A stretch of DNA of 64,000 nt, taken from contig CAMYNQ010000001.1 of assembly GCA_947259785.1 (NCBI GenBank), forward strand, positions 9,088 to 73,087, written 5' to 3'. Below are positions 38,022 through 46,854 of the stretch, in pieces. The position numbers and the translations under genes are program-made. Origin of the DNA: an uncultured Chromatiaceae bacterium (GTDB taxonomy: Bacteria; Pseudomonadota; Gammaproteobacteria; Tenderiales; Tenderiaceae). Every line of letters starts with the position of its first letter. The stretch's first letter is position 1. The notes below the pieces were generated by a model. The model saw nothing but the letters and a program-made list of their open reading frames with translations. It did not search any database and was not told where the DNA came from.

Positions 38022-40040
38022 CTATGTTTTGCTGTCACGCTCAATCAATAGTAACTCATCCCCCTTCATGTCGGTCAGCTCCTGAGAGAAGCCATCAGGC
38101 CAGCGTATGGTTATCGAATCCGCCTTCGAATGCGAACCAAGTCCGAAGTACAAGCGATAATGCCCTTGCGAAAAGAACGCTCCTTCGTTGCTGCCGACCT
38201 CTTGTGTCTGCTCACCATCAGGTGTAACAACGGTTACCTGTGCACCGATTGCCTGGCGATTCCCCGGCAACCCAACGAGCTTCATCTGAAGCCAATGATT
38301 TGTAGCACCAACATTACGGTACGCTAGAATTGTCCACTTAGAGACATCTTCAGGGGCTTTAAAGATTTTTTCCCACCAGCTCCAAAAAGAAGGGTTTTCA
38401 TTTAGTGCAAACACAACATCCCGCGCCCCATTATTGTCTAGGTCGGCCCAATTGGATATGGCCGCTTGGTACTTCCTAGACGGAAATGTCAACAAATTCG
38501 TGGCATTGAACTTGTGGTCTTTACTCTGACGAAATAAACCCTCCGGTACGACGTGCATATCAATCAAGCCGTCGTTGTTGTAATCTACCCAATTGGCCCC
38601 CACGCTCTTTGCTGGCAAACCAACTGTCTCTGGATCAACAGGCGAAAATTTCCCCTTAGTATTGATAAGAAGCGTATTCCCTTTCTTCGATGCAGAAAAG
38701 GCATCCAGATCCCCGTCCCCATCATAGTCGGCGACAGTTAATTTTCCATCATATGACCAATAATAACCTGCAACATACTTCAAACCAGGCTTATCTGCTC
38801 TCGCAAACTTCCCCCGTCCTATGAACTCAGGCGAGAAATACCCTGCTTGGTTGCGGTACAAAAAGTAGCCTTTGTCCTCCGACGTCAAGAGGTCCGTATC
38901 CATATCATTGTCTGCATCGATCCATACGAAGTCAATCAGCTGATGGTCGGGGATATCAAGACCAGCCTCAGCAGCGGCCATCACAAACTGTCCACCAACA
39001 TTTTGCCGGTAAAGTTGTTTTGGGAACTCCCCCTCGACCTTCCCTCTGTCTTGGCAATTAATGTATAGATCTAACAAACCGTCATTATTGAAATCCACCC
39101 ATTTAACATTTCGACCGGAACAGTTTTCCTTAACAACCCCCTTTTCAGAGGCAACATCCCGATACCGGCCGTTGTCCTGACTCACGAGAAATTGGTCTTT
39201 AATCCTGTTTCGAACATGCTCTGGATTCTGCTTAAGCCAACCACCGAGCCCCCCCCGGGTTGCAAAAATATCTAGCCTGCCATCTTCATTGTAATCCGCC
39301 CATGCGAGACCATGGCGATCCTGATGAGCCAAGGAGAAGCTGGTCGAGCTCGGCGACACTATTTGGTTGCCGACAAATATGCTGGATGGCTGAATCGCAC
39401 CCTTAAGATTGAAATCTATTGGAACACCCCAATTATTGAGCTTCAACACCAGCACCCCGTCGCTAGCTGCCGAAAAACTTACGACTGTTCCCGACTTAGT
39501 AGAAGACTTCTGCCACTCAACCTGGAAGCCATTGTTTTTTTCCATCTCTACCGCAGCCTGGCTCTGGAAAGTTCCTTGCCACTGCCCAATTTCACCCATA
39601 TTGTGAGCGCGGATTATCACATTGTGGCCTGTCTCATCATCACCACCGCTGCCCAGCCAGTAGATATATAGCCCGGCTTTATCTATATTGGGTGCAATGT
39701 AGGAGAGTTCCAAGCCAGGAAATTCCTTACTCTGGTTAAGCCCCCAGTCGTCAAGGACATCACGGTACCCACCTCGACCGTCGGCAATCAGCAGTGTTTG
39801 CCTAAAATTATGGTTGGAGGTGTATATATCCAACAGGTTATCCCCATTGGCATCCACGACCCCCATATCGAACAGGCGAAAGGTCTCCTGCAGGGGGATT
39901 GGCTGCTCAACAAACACGTCACCAGTGGCAGCGGAAATCTCATCCTGAAAAGGAACATTTTTAACCACGAAAAACGAACCTAAAAATATCAACAGACTCA
40001 CGATAATTAAGACAAAAACATTACGCTTTTTCCGCATCAT
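38022..40040 (-). CDS. CRTAC1-family protein: N-terminal membrane anchor, seven FG-GAP/VCBS repeats and a C-terminal ASPIC/UnbV domain
   Basis: Ca-binding-type loops VDANGDNLLDIY, ADYNEDGRLDIF, VDFNNDGLLDLY, IDADNDMDTDLL, ADYDGDGDLDAF, VDYNNDGLIDMH and ADLDNNGARDVVF. ASPIC/UnbV tail NHWLQMKLVGLPGNRQAIGAQVTVV...FFSQGHYRLYFGLGSHSKADSITIRWPDG. Confidence 0.8.
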   Translation of the reverse strand: MMRKKRNVFVLIIVSLLIFLGSFFVVKNVPFQDEISAATGDVFVEQPIPLQETFRLFDMGVVDANGDNLLDIYTSNHNFRQTLLIADGRGGYRDVLDDWGLNQSKEFPGLELSYIAPNIDKAGLYIYWLGSGGDDETGHNVIIRAHNMGEIGQWQGTFQSQAAVEMEKNNGFQVEWQKSSTKSGTVVSFSAASDGVLVLKLNNWGVPIDFNLKGAIQPSSIFVGNQIVSPSSTSFSLAHQDRHGLAWADYNEDGRLDIFATRGGLGGWLKQNPEHVRNRIKDQFLVSQDNGRYRDVASEKGVVKENCSGRNVKWVDFNNDGLLDLYINCQDRGKVEGEFPKQLYRQNVGGQFVMAAAEAGLDIPDHQLIDFVWIDADNDMDTDLLTSEDKGYFLYRNQAGYFSPEFIGRGKFARADKPGLKYVAGYYWSYDGKLTVADYDGDGDLDAFSASKKGNTLLINTKGKFSPVDPETVGLPAKSVGANWVDYNNDGLIDMHVVPEGLFRQSKDHKFNATNLLTFPSRKYQAAISNWADLDNNGARDVVFALNENPSFWSWWEKIFKAPEDVSKWTILAYRNVGATNHWLQMKLVGLPGNRQAIGAQVTVVTPDGEQTQEVGSNEGAFFSQGHYRLYFGLGSHSKADSITIRWPDGFSQELTDMKGDELLLIERDSKT

Positions 40041-40080
40041 GGTCAGTTTATCCTCTTATTAAAATTACCCACTAATAAAC

Positions 40081-40403
40081 ACACACGACACAGCCTCCAG
40101 AGCAGATATCAAAGCCTGTCTCACCCTTCCCTTTCCACCCAGCATCAGTATAGGCCTTGTCTTCTTAATCAAAGTAGTAATGAGCATCTTCGAGAGATGG
40201 CAGGAATTGTTTCATCTTCAACTAGATTATTGATTGACCTAATCAACCCCACCGATTCGTTCAAATTTATAAAGGCCAAGATTATTAAACAGCACAACCC
40301 GAGAATCACTTTGAGCAAATGCCTTCAGCAGCGAAAACACTAATTGGCCATTTTCGCTCAAGATATCTTCACAAACAAACTTTGCATATATAATGAATTT
40401 CAT
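40081..40403 (-). pseudogene. Decayed paralogue of the exostosin-like gene at 31989-33104
   Basis: The ORF remnant 40239-40403 (MKFIIYAKFVCEDILSENGQLVFSLLKAFAQSDSRVVLFNN) aligns with the N-terminus of 31989-33104 (KQIVFAKFLENEILLEQGRLLFSLLNAFSLAGYQIKLFNN), then stops. Downstream frames show weak, frame-shifted similarity to its C-terminus (AHYYFD / RPILMLGGKG vs HAIKYYETY / VTLLMLTEGN). Confidence 0.5.
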
Positions 40404-40404
40404 C

Positions 40405-41880
40405 TTAAGCCTTGGACACACGGCTGAGCACACCATTGATTTTCTGGCGCCAACGATCCGCCTCAGATTTTAGCGATGGAATAGGAAGAAACAGGAATGC
40501 CGGCAGATAAACAGCTGCACCAGACACGACCATTACCAAAAGATATAGGGCTGGCGCAGTCGTTCTGATATCACCAAGCATCCAGTGAGTTATGGCCAAG
40601 GCAACAAAAAGGATGCTATTTAAGAGCAAACCCGGCACTAACGCACCGATGAGGTCTGCAATTTTTGTAGGGATCGTATGGTAAGCCAAAATATAGAAAT
40701 AAACAGCACCAAAAATATGACTGGCAAGAACCCCCCATGCCACCCCTTCCAGGCCCCACTCAAGTCCGATGAAACATGCAATTATCAGGAAGACCAGCCC
40801 AATAATCTGGGCATATAACTCTTGCACAAGGCGATCCTGAGCCGCCAACAACACTCCACAAGGAATGCCTATATTTCGACATATGCCCACCATAACCAGA
40901 ATTTCTAGAGGGCCCGCGGCTGGCAACCAGTTTTCACCGTACACAACCCCAATGAAGGGTTCTGCCACCCACCATAGACCGACATAAAGTGGCGTAGTGT
41001 AAACCATCAATAGCGTAATCACTTTATAGAACATATACTTAGATTGGTCTAGGTCATCCTGCACTTTACTCATAGCACGAAATACAGTCTGCCCCACGGG
41101 TGGAACAAGCAACCTATTTGGAAGCCTGGAAAGACTATCCCCCTTGTTAAAAATCCCCAAAAAGGCAGGGCCTGCGCTCTTGCTTATGATCAAATTTGCG
41201 GTTTCACGCTTCAAATAACTAATGAAGTCATTGGCAGTAATTTTGAACCCATAACTACCATGTCTACGCATAATAGATAAATCAAAATTCAGGTGGAGCA
41301 TTAACGGTGTAAGGTAAATCAGTAGTATGTTCCTGAACAATCCCGCCACCAGACCTGACAAGGTCAAGCTCCACACACCCATCCCAGCCAGCGCCATGAG
41401 AATGCTGCTGACTCCTGTTACCAGGCCAACCGAGACTTCTACTACGGCCCTTTTTTTAAACGCCATCTCCCGGTTTAACCAGGAAATACGCATAAAACCG
41501 AAGGGCCTCATCAGAAATGAAATGGCCGAAACCTGTAACAAAGGTTCGTAAAGAGGGTCCCCAAAATATTCGGCTATCCATGGGGCTGAAAGAAAGAACC
41601 CTAGATAAACCAGAATCCCAATTGCAAGCTGTAGTGTAAACACAGCATTAAAATCGTTCTCATTCGCTTCCTTGGCGCGAATGAGGGCCTGCCCCATCCC
41701 CCCTGCCGCCAACATACCTACAAAACCGGTAAAGATCTGGATTGTGACAATCATTCCAAAGTCTGCAGGCACAAGCAGGCGGGCAAGAACCACCCCAAAC
41801 ATAAACCGCAGAATGTGATTGCCCGTATTACCGACCAATAGCCACTTCACACCTGAGCGTACTTTATTCCCCAAATTCAT
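40405..41880 (-). CDS. Wzx-type polysaccharide flippase (MOP/PST family)
   Basis: 491 aa with about 12-14 TM helices. The N-terminus VKWLLVGNTGNHILRFMFGVVLARLLVPADFGM is typical of the Polysacc_synt family. Confidence 0.8.
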   Translation of the reverse strand: MNLGNKVRSGVKWLLVGNTGNHILRFMFGVVLARLLVPADFGMIVTIQIFTGFVGMLAAGGMGQALIRAKEANENDFNAVFTLQLAIGILVYLGFFLSAPWIAEYFGDPLYEPLLQVSAISFLMRPFGFMRISWLNREMAFKKRAVVEVSVGLVTGVSSILMALAGMGVWSLTLSGLVAGLFRNILLIYLTPLMLHLNFDLSIMRRHGSYGFKITANDFISYLKRETANLIISKSAGPAFLGIFNKGDSLSRLPNRLLVPPVGQTVFRAMSKVQDDLDQSKYMFYKVITLLMVYTTPLYVGLWWVAEPFIGVVYGENWLPAAGPLEILVMVGICRNIGIPCGVLLAAQDRLVQELYAQIIGLVFLIIACFIGLEWGLEGVAWGVLASHIFGAVYFYILAYHTIPTKIADLIGALVPGLLLNSILFVALAITHWMLGDIRTTAPALYLLVMVVSGAAVYLPAFLFLPIPSLKSEADRWRQKINGVLSRVSKA

Positions 41881-42088
41881 CGTATAAAATTAGATTTTCA
41901 GTTTGATGCTTATACTTATAAGATAGGTAATTGCATGCAGTTCATACCCCACCGTCCTCTAACAAAAGGTTTCATCCAAATTTCAATCATCATCTGATAT
42001 GTTTATTGCAGACCCAAAACTTCTGTTTGTATGGAACCATCTTTATTTACAGCCTTTTTTATCCATTAGCCCCATCAGGAATAGCAAA

Positions 42089-43402
42089 TCAAGATCTTAT
42101 GGTAACGTTCCCATACTTCATCGCCCTGTCCTTGTTACCTCCAACCTGATCACTTTTATCCTCTTCATCTTTTTCCGAGCCTGCCAGATATTTCAGCGTC
42201 AGCACTTGCAATATGACTACAATGGCAACAAAGTGGTAGATCAGGTCAAAATAGGCCTGACTGATGAATGCGCCCCCTACCATATAGGCAACCATACTCA
42301 CCTGCAGCATCGCCGCCAGATCTCCAGCCCAGCGCAAACCTTCGTGCTTTTTGCTCTTTCGCCTCACCCATGAGGCGGTTCGCCAGGTAAAAAAGAGCAA
42401 TAACAAGAACAAAAACAGCCCCACATAGCCGTGCTCACCAAGGATCTGGAAATAAATACTGTGGGCAGCACGCCGGCCTGCAGTAACCTCAAACCCTCCC
42501 CCGACGATGGGGCTGGCATTTGCTACTTTGATTGCATACTTCCAGGCATCAATGCGCCCCATGGCGGAGCCATCTTCCTCATAGGTTTCTATCGTATGCA
42601 TACGCGCCTTCCATTCTTCCGGCACGAAGTTGTAGGCTGCATATCCCACCACAGCCATCATTACTATCAATAGAAGTTTACCGCGGCTCTTGAACAACAA
42701 GATTAGCGACACAGCGGCCAGGCCCAGAGCGGCACCACGAGAAGAGGTGCCCACCACGGCAAATACTGTCAAGCCAATGGCCGCAGTCATGCCATGTTTG
42801 ACCCACCAAACAGGAGTACTAAGCTGCAGGTAACGCATTAACGGAATCATCATATTCAACGCCGTCCCAATCTCGCCACGGGTTCCAATAAAGGAGCCTC
42901 CCGGCCCTAAAACCCTATGCGCCCCACCTGTCTGGATCGTAAATATCCCACCTTTGACACCGTAAAAACCGAGCGATAAGACAATAACCCAAATCAGTAT
43001 CTGCAACCGTTTCTTATCGGTAATAAACATCATGGTAATGAAAACAAACAACATTACCTTCCATACCTTATCCCACTTGAACCACGCCCAATACTGCAGG
43101 TCGGCAAACAGGGTCGTGATAAACATCCAGACAACAAACGTCAGCAGCAGCACCGATTCCCGGGTCCATGGGATCTTCCTTGACTCCTTGGTAAACAGCA
43201 TGGCAATAAGCGTGGCGCCTGCCGCCATCTCGGCAAACGGCAGGGCACTCCAGGCGAGGCGATGTGGGTTCATGTAACCTATCCAGGACCAGACGTAGAC
43301 GCCGATATGGGGCTGCCTCAAGATAAAGGGCAGGCTGGCAATAACAATTGCTAATAGAAGGAGGGCTCTCACGTCTTGCCTAGCGAGGGTTTTATGCCTC
43401 AC
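42089..43402 (-). CDS. O-antigen ligase/Wzy-like membrane protein, exosortase-A-associated 'O-glycosylation ligase' type
   Basis: Polytopic. SLPFILRQPHIGVYVWSWIGYMNPHRLAWS matches the N-terminal signature I recall for the XrtA-associated ligase family. A large periplasmic loop carries HSIYFQILGEHGYVG. Confidence 0.75.
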   Translation of the reverse strand: MRHKTLARQDVRALLLLAIVIASLPFILRQPHIGVYVWSWIGYMNPHRLAWSALPFAEMAAGATLIAMLFTKESRKIPWTRESVLLLTFVVWMFITTLFADLQYWAWFKWDKVWKVMLFVFITMMFITDKKRLQILIWVIVLSLGFYGVKGGIFTIQTGGAHRVLGPGGSFIGTRGEIGTALNMMIPLMRYLQLSTPVWWVKHGMTAAIGLTVFAVVGTSSRGAALGLAAVSLILLFKSRGKLLLIVMMAVVGYAAYNFVPEEWKARMHTIETYEEDGSAMGRIDAWKYAIKVANASPIVGGGFEVTAGRRAAHSIYFQILGEHGYVGLFLFLLLLFFTWRTASWVRRKSKKHEGLRWAGDLAAMLQVSMVAYMVGGAFISQAYFDLIYHFVAIVVILQVLTLKYLAGSEKDEEDKSDQVGGNKDRAMKYGNVTIRS

Positions 43403-44225
43403 TACCTCCCTGCGGTTTTATAGAAAACCAGCGCACCCTGAGAGGCAGGCTCAACCCCATGAGCATGCCATTCTTCACCTGCTCGGCAAGCCGTTGTTCA
43501 TGCCGCAAACCACGGTCTTTCACCTGGTAAAGTCGCCCCTTTTCAATCTGATCCTGGCCAAACTGTTCGCCACGCTCCAAACGATCCAGCAATTCGGCAT
43601 ATACCTCGGCACTGTCACGCACTGCCCGCCAAAAAAGAGTCAGCTCATCATCATCCTCTTTCACTTCAGGAGAGACATGGGCGATCAGATGGCCGGTATC
43701 GATTCCGGTATCGATAAAATGCAGTGTGCAGCCAACCTGTTCTGGCTCACCATTATGCAACGCCCAGAAGGTGCAGTCCGCGCCGCGGTAATGGGGCGAG
43801 AGACCACCATGAAGATTGACGATGCCCAGGCGGCCCTTTTCCAGCAACGCCCCTTTGATCAGTGAAGTACCGAATACGGCTATCACATCGGGCTTGAGCT
43901 TGTCCGCCAGCGCCACTACATCAGGATGGTTGATATGGGGCACGGCAACGGCCAGGTCTTGCCTGTCCAGCTTCGGCTCTTGGTCGCCGAAGAAAAACTG
44001 GGCTTCGCCCCCCCCGGTGTAGCGCTTTCTATCACGCAGCCAACGCCAGACCTTGCGCCATAACTTCACTGGACTGGACAGCAGTTTAAGCACCTTACCT
44101 GCATTCAGGTCGCTGCCCACCTCCTGCACGATCGCCACCGGTTTAGCGGCCTTGCAAAGCCGGTTGGCTACGTAGAGATGACGCGGCGAACGACCACAGA
44201 GAATCATTACCGTCAGCTCAGACAT
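43392..44225 (-). CDS. Formyltransferase-family protein (Fmt/ArnA-N/sugar N-formyltransferase-like)
   Basis: IVNLHGGLSPHYRGADCTFWAL (Asn/His catalytic motif) and HFIDTGIDTGHLI (Asp motif). The ATG at 44225 overlaps the upstream stop (ATGTCTGA). Confidence 0.7.
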   Translation of the reverse strand: MSELTVMILCGRSPRHLYVANRLCKAAKPVAIVQEVGSDLNAGKVLKLLSSPVKLWRKVWRWLRDRKRYTGGGEAQFFFGDQEPKLDRQDLAVAVPHINHPDVVALADKLKPDVIAVFGTSLIKGALLEKGRLGIVNLHGGLSPHYRGADCTFWALHNGEPEQVGCTLHFIDTGIDTGHLIAHVSPEVKEDDDELTLFWRAVRDSAEVYAELLDRLERGEQFGQDQIEKGRLYQVKDRGLRHEQRLAEQVKNGMLMGLSLPLRVRWFSIKPQGGSEA

Positions 44226-45429
44226 TGACCACCTTTTCAATTGACGTAGGAGGGACGGCAATATCATGCATATCCATCATCAAGGCATCGGCATAAAACT
44301 TCGCCGCCCAGTTGGGATATTCAAAACGGGAGTAGTCACCCCAGATGGGGGCCGAACCGGCAATTCCGCCTTTTACGACTTCATCGCCCGCATCGATATG
44401 ATGATTCTTTTTAAGATAGGAGAGGGCCTTGCGGGCCGACTCTCTCAGCTCTGGCACATCAGCAGCCTGGGCCAAACGAGTCCAGTTCAGGCTCATCTGC
44501 GCCACACCGGTAAGGCAACAGTAAGATGCCATCGGCTGCCAGCCATCAGCATAGGCCCCCGCCAGCCAGCCATCCTGGCGCTGTACCTGCGCCATAGCCC
44601 TGGCCGCCTTGAGGGCAGATTGAAGATAGCGCTCTTCGCCCAGCAACACCCCGCTCTCCAGGAAACCACGAATGGCATAGGCGATGGTGTGAGTGAACGG
44701 GGAACGGTCAGGGGTAAAGGCATTGGTAGCATACCAGCCGGAATCTGTCTGTTGCGACAACGCCCACTCAAGATTGTCGATCGCTCCCTGCTTTAGGCGT
44801 TGCTCCCCCGTCACCAGGCCGGTTTTCAACAACGCCCAGGTGCCGCGCGTATTATAGACATGGGGAACGTCGTTGTGCTCATAGCGGCGCCAGCAGCCAT
44901 CCTTATCCTGATGTCTGACCAGCCACTCGCCGGCCTTTACCGACGCTTCCAGACACTCTTGGCGACCCAGTTGCAGATAACCAGCCAGCATGCCATGCAT
45001 GATCTGGCCGGTATTGAAAATCACTGGCCGACTACCGGCTTCGCCAAAATGGCCGGGGAAGGCACCATCGTCCTGCTGAATGGACAACTCCCAATCGATC
45101 ATGCGCTGGGCGCGTTGCACCAGCTCCGGCTGCTCCAGAATCTCCGCGGCTGCGAGGAAAGTCTCGATGATATAGCCGGTGGTCTCGGGATAGCTCGGCA
45201 ACCAGCCATCCTCGAAGCTCCAGCCTGCCGAAACGCCACCTGCATCCTGTTGGCCGTCCCGCACATCCTGCGCCAGGCACAACCAGTCAATAGTGGCCTG
45301 CAAATGGGTTTTATGGCCATGCTCAGACTGTGTCGATGTCCCGCCTATATCACCTACAATGAGACGTAAATGACGCGGCCGCCAGGGTTTGTAGCGAAAG
45401 GGCAAGGCCAAAAGATTCATCGGGTTCAT
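44218..45429 (-). CDS. Hypothetical (alpha/alpha)6-toroid protein with prenyltransferase/squalene-cyclase-like repeats
   Basis: Recurrent QW-like motifs: IQQDDGAFPGHF, RHQDKDGCWRRY, QQTDSGWYATNAF and VQRQDGWLAGAY. No signal peptide seen. Confidence 0.45.
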   Translation of the reverse strand: MNPMNLLALPFRYKPWRPRHLRLIVGDIGGTSTQSEHGHKTHLQATIDWLCLAQDVRDGQQDAGGVSAGWSFEDGWLPSYPETTGYIIETFLAAAEILEQPELVQRAQRMIDWELSIQQDDGAFPGHFGEAGSRPVIFNTGQIMHGMLAGYLQLGRQECLEASVKAGEWLVRHQDKDGCWRRYEHNDVPHVYNTRGTWALLKTGLVTGEQRLKQGAIDNLEWALSQQTDSGWYATNAFTPDRSPFTHTIAYAIRGFLESGVLLGEERYLQSALKAARAMAQVQRQDGWLAGAYADGWQPMASYCCLTGVAQMSLNWTRLAQAADVPELRESARKALSYLKKNHHIDAGDEVVKGGIAGSAPIWGDYSRFEYPNWAAKFYADALMMDMHDIAVPPTSIEKVVNV

Positions 45430-45456
45430 TACAAGCTTTTCCTTAATTCCACATTG

Positions 45457-46851
45457 CTACTTCTTCGCGCCTGAGGCGGCAGTTTCCAAGCTGCCCTCCA
45501 GCGCCACATGGCTCACCACGTAGCGATATTTGCCGGAGGCCTCTATCGGGATGGCATCCAGCAGACGCAATTCAACACGAACATTATCCCCTAGTCTTGC
45601 CTGGATGCCATGCTCGATTTCAGCGGCAGAGCTTGGCGTCCAGCGCGGATTTGTCACAACCTGTATTTCAATCCTATCGACAGCGTGCTGGATCAACTTA
45701 AACTCCTCGACCCCTTCCACCGCTCGCAGGACATAGATCACAGCCAGGGCGTGCATGATGGTGCCATCCTCCCGGACGATGAAATCTGTGGTACGCCCCA
45801 TCACCTCACCTATAACATGCAGCCCACGCCCGGCTTTACAGGCCTCATCCGTCTGTCGCACCATATCGCCGGTACGGTAGCGGATAAAGGGCTGGGCCTG
45901 GGAACACAAACCCGTCATCACCGCCTCGCCCACCTCACCGGGCGCGACCGGACAGCCGTCCTGATCAAGCACCTCAAGGATGATGCTTTCGCTCATGAGC
46001 AGCATCTGGCCATCGGGTACCTCGTGGGCGGTAAAACCGATATCCCGGCTGCCAAACTCATTCGCCACTGGCACACCAAAAACCTCCTGAATCAACTCCC
46101 GCTGATGATCATAGAGTGGTTCACCGGTGGTACACACCACCTTAAGAGCGGGCAGTCTGAGTCCCATCCCCCGTTCCCGGGCATGGGCGGCCAACAAGGC
46201 GATACTGCTGGCATAGCCATAGATACACTTGGGCCGGTAGGCACGAATCGCTTCGATATACTCATCCATGTTTCTGGGCGACATCTCGAAGGCGTTCAGC
46301 ACCAACTGATTCATCAGCCGGTCACGCAGCTGTTTGATGCGGTCGGTCTTGTTCAACTCCACCGGTGCCCCCCAGAGATAGACCTCCCGGTCGCCGACAT
46401 CCACCCCCCACCAGCGCCGAGCCCGTATCCGCCCGGCGGCATCCGAGGCCTGACGCCAGCGGCCAAAGTAGAAGATCAGCGGCTGGCCGCTGGAGCCGCC
46501 GGTATTGTACTTGAATGCGCCACCCGGCACATCATGCCAAACCAGATCATCGCCATTCTTGATGGCATCATGCTTGGTCATGGAGGGCAGGCGCTGGAGA
46601 TCCTCCAGGGTGGGAAAAGGCGCATGCTCGCCCAGGTCCAGTCCGGCCGCCTCTATCCGCGCAGCATGCCAGGGGCAATGGGCAGCGGCCAGTTGCAGCA
46701 GCACCTTCAGTTTCTGCATCTGCAACTGTTCCACCGCCTCACGGGAAAACCACTGACTGCGCTCCAACTCTTCCACATAAGCAAAGGTGGGCCGCTGCAT
46801 CAGGCGCTCATGCAGAGGATAAATAATATTTTTTGTCAAAAAGGAATTCAT
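45457..46851 (-). CDS. Adenylate-forming enzyme of the PaaK/CapK/F390-synthetase family (copy 1)
   Basis: FKYNTGGSSGQPLIFYF (AMP-binding P-loop equivalent), YGYASSIALLA, TTGEPL, YRTGD and C-terminal GKYRYV. Confidence 0.75.
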   Translation of the reverse strand: MNSFLTKNIIYPLHERLMQRPTFAYVEELERSQWFSREAVEQLQMQKLKVLLQLAAAHCPWHAARIEAAGLDLGEHAPFPTLEDLQRLPSMTKHDAIKNGDDLVWHDVPGGAFKYNTGGSSGQPLIFYFGRWRQASDAAGRIRARRWWGVDVGDREVYLWGAPVELNKTDRIKQLRDRLMNQLVLNAFEMSPRNMDEYIEAIRAYRPKCIYGYASSIALLAAHARERGMGLRLPALKVVCTTGEPLYDHQRELIQEVFGVPVANEFGSRDIGFTAHEVPDGQMLLMSESIILEVLDQDGCPVAPGEVGEAVMTGLCSQAQPFIRYRTGDMVRQTDEACKAGRGLHVIGEVMGRTTDFIVREDGTIMHALAVIYVLRAVEGVEEFKLIQHAVDRIEIQVVTNPRWTPSSAAEIEHGIQARLGDNVRVELRLLDAIPIEASGKYRYVVSHVALEGSLETAASGAKK

Positions 46852-46854
46852 TGC

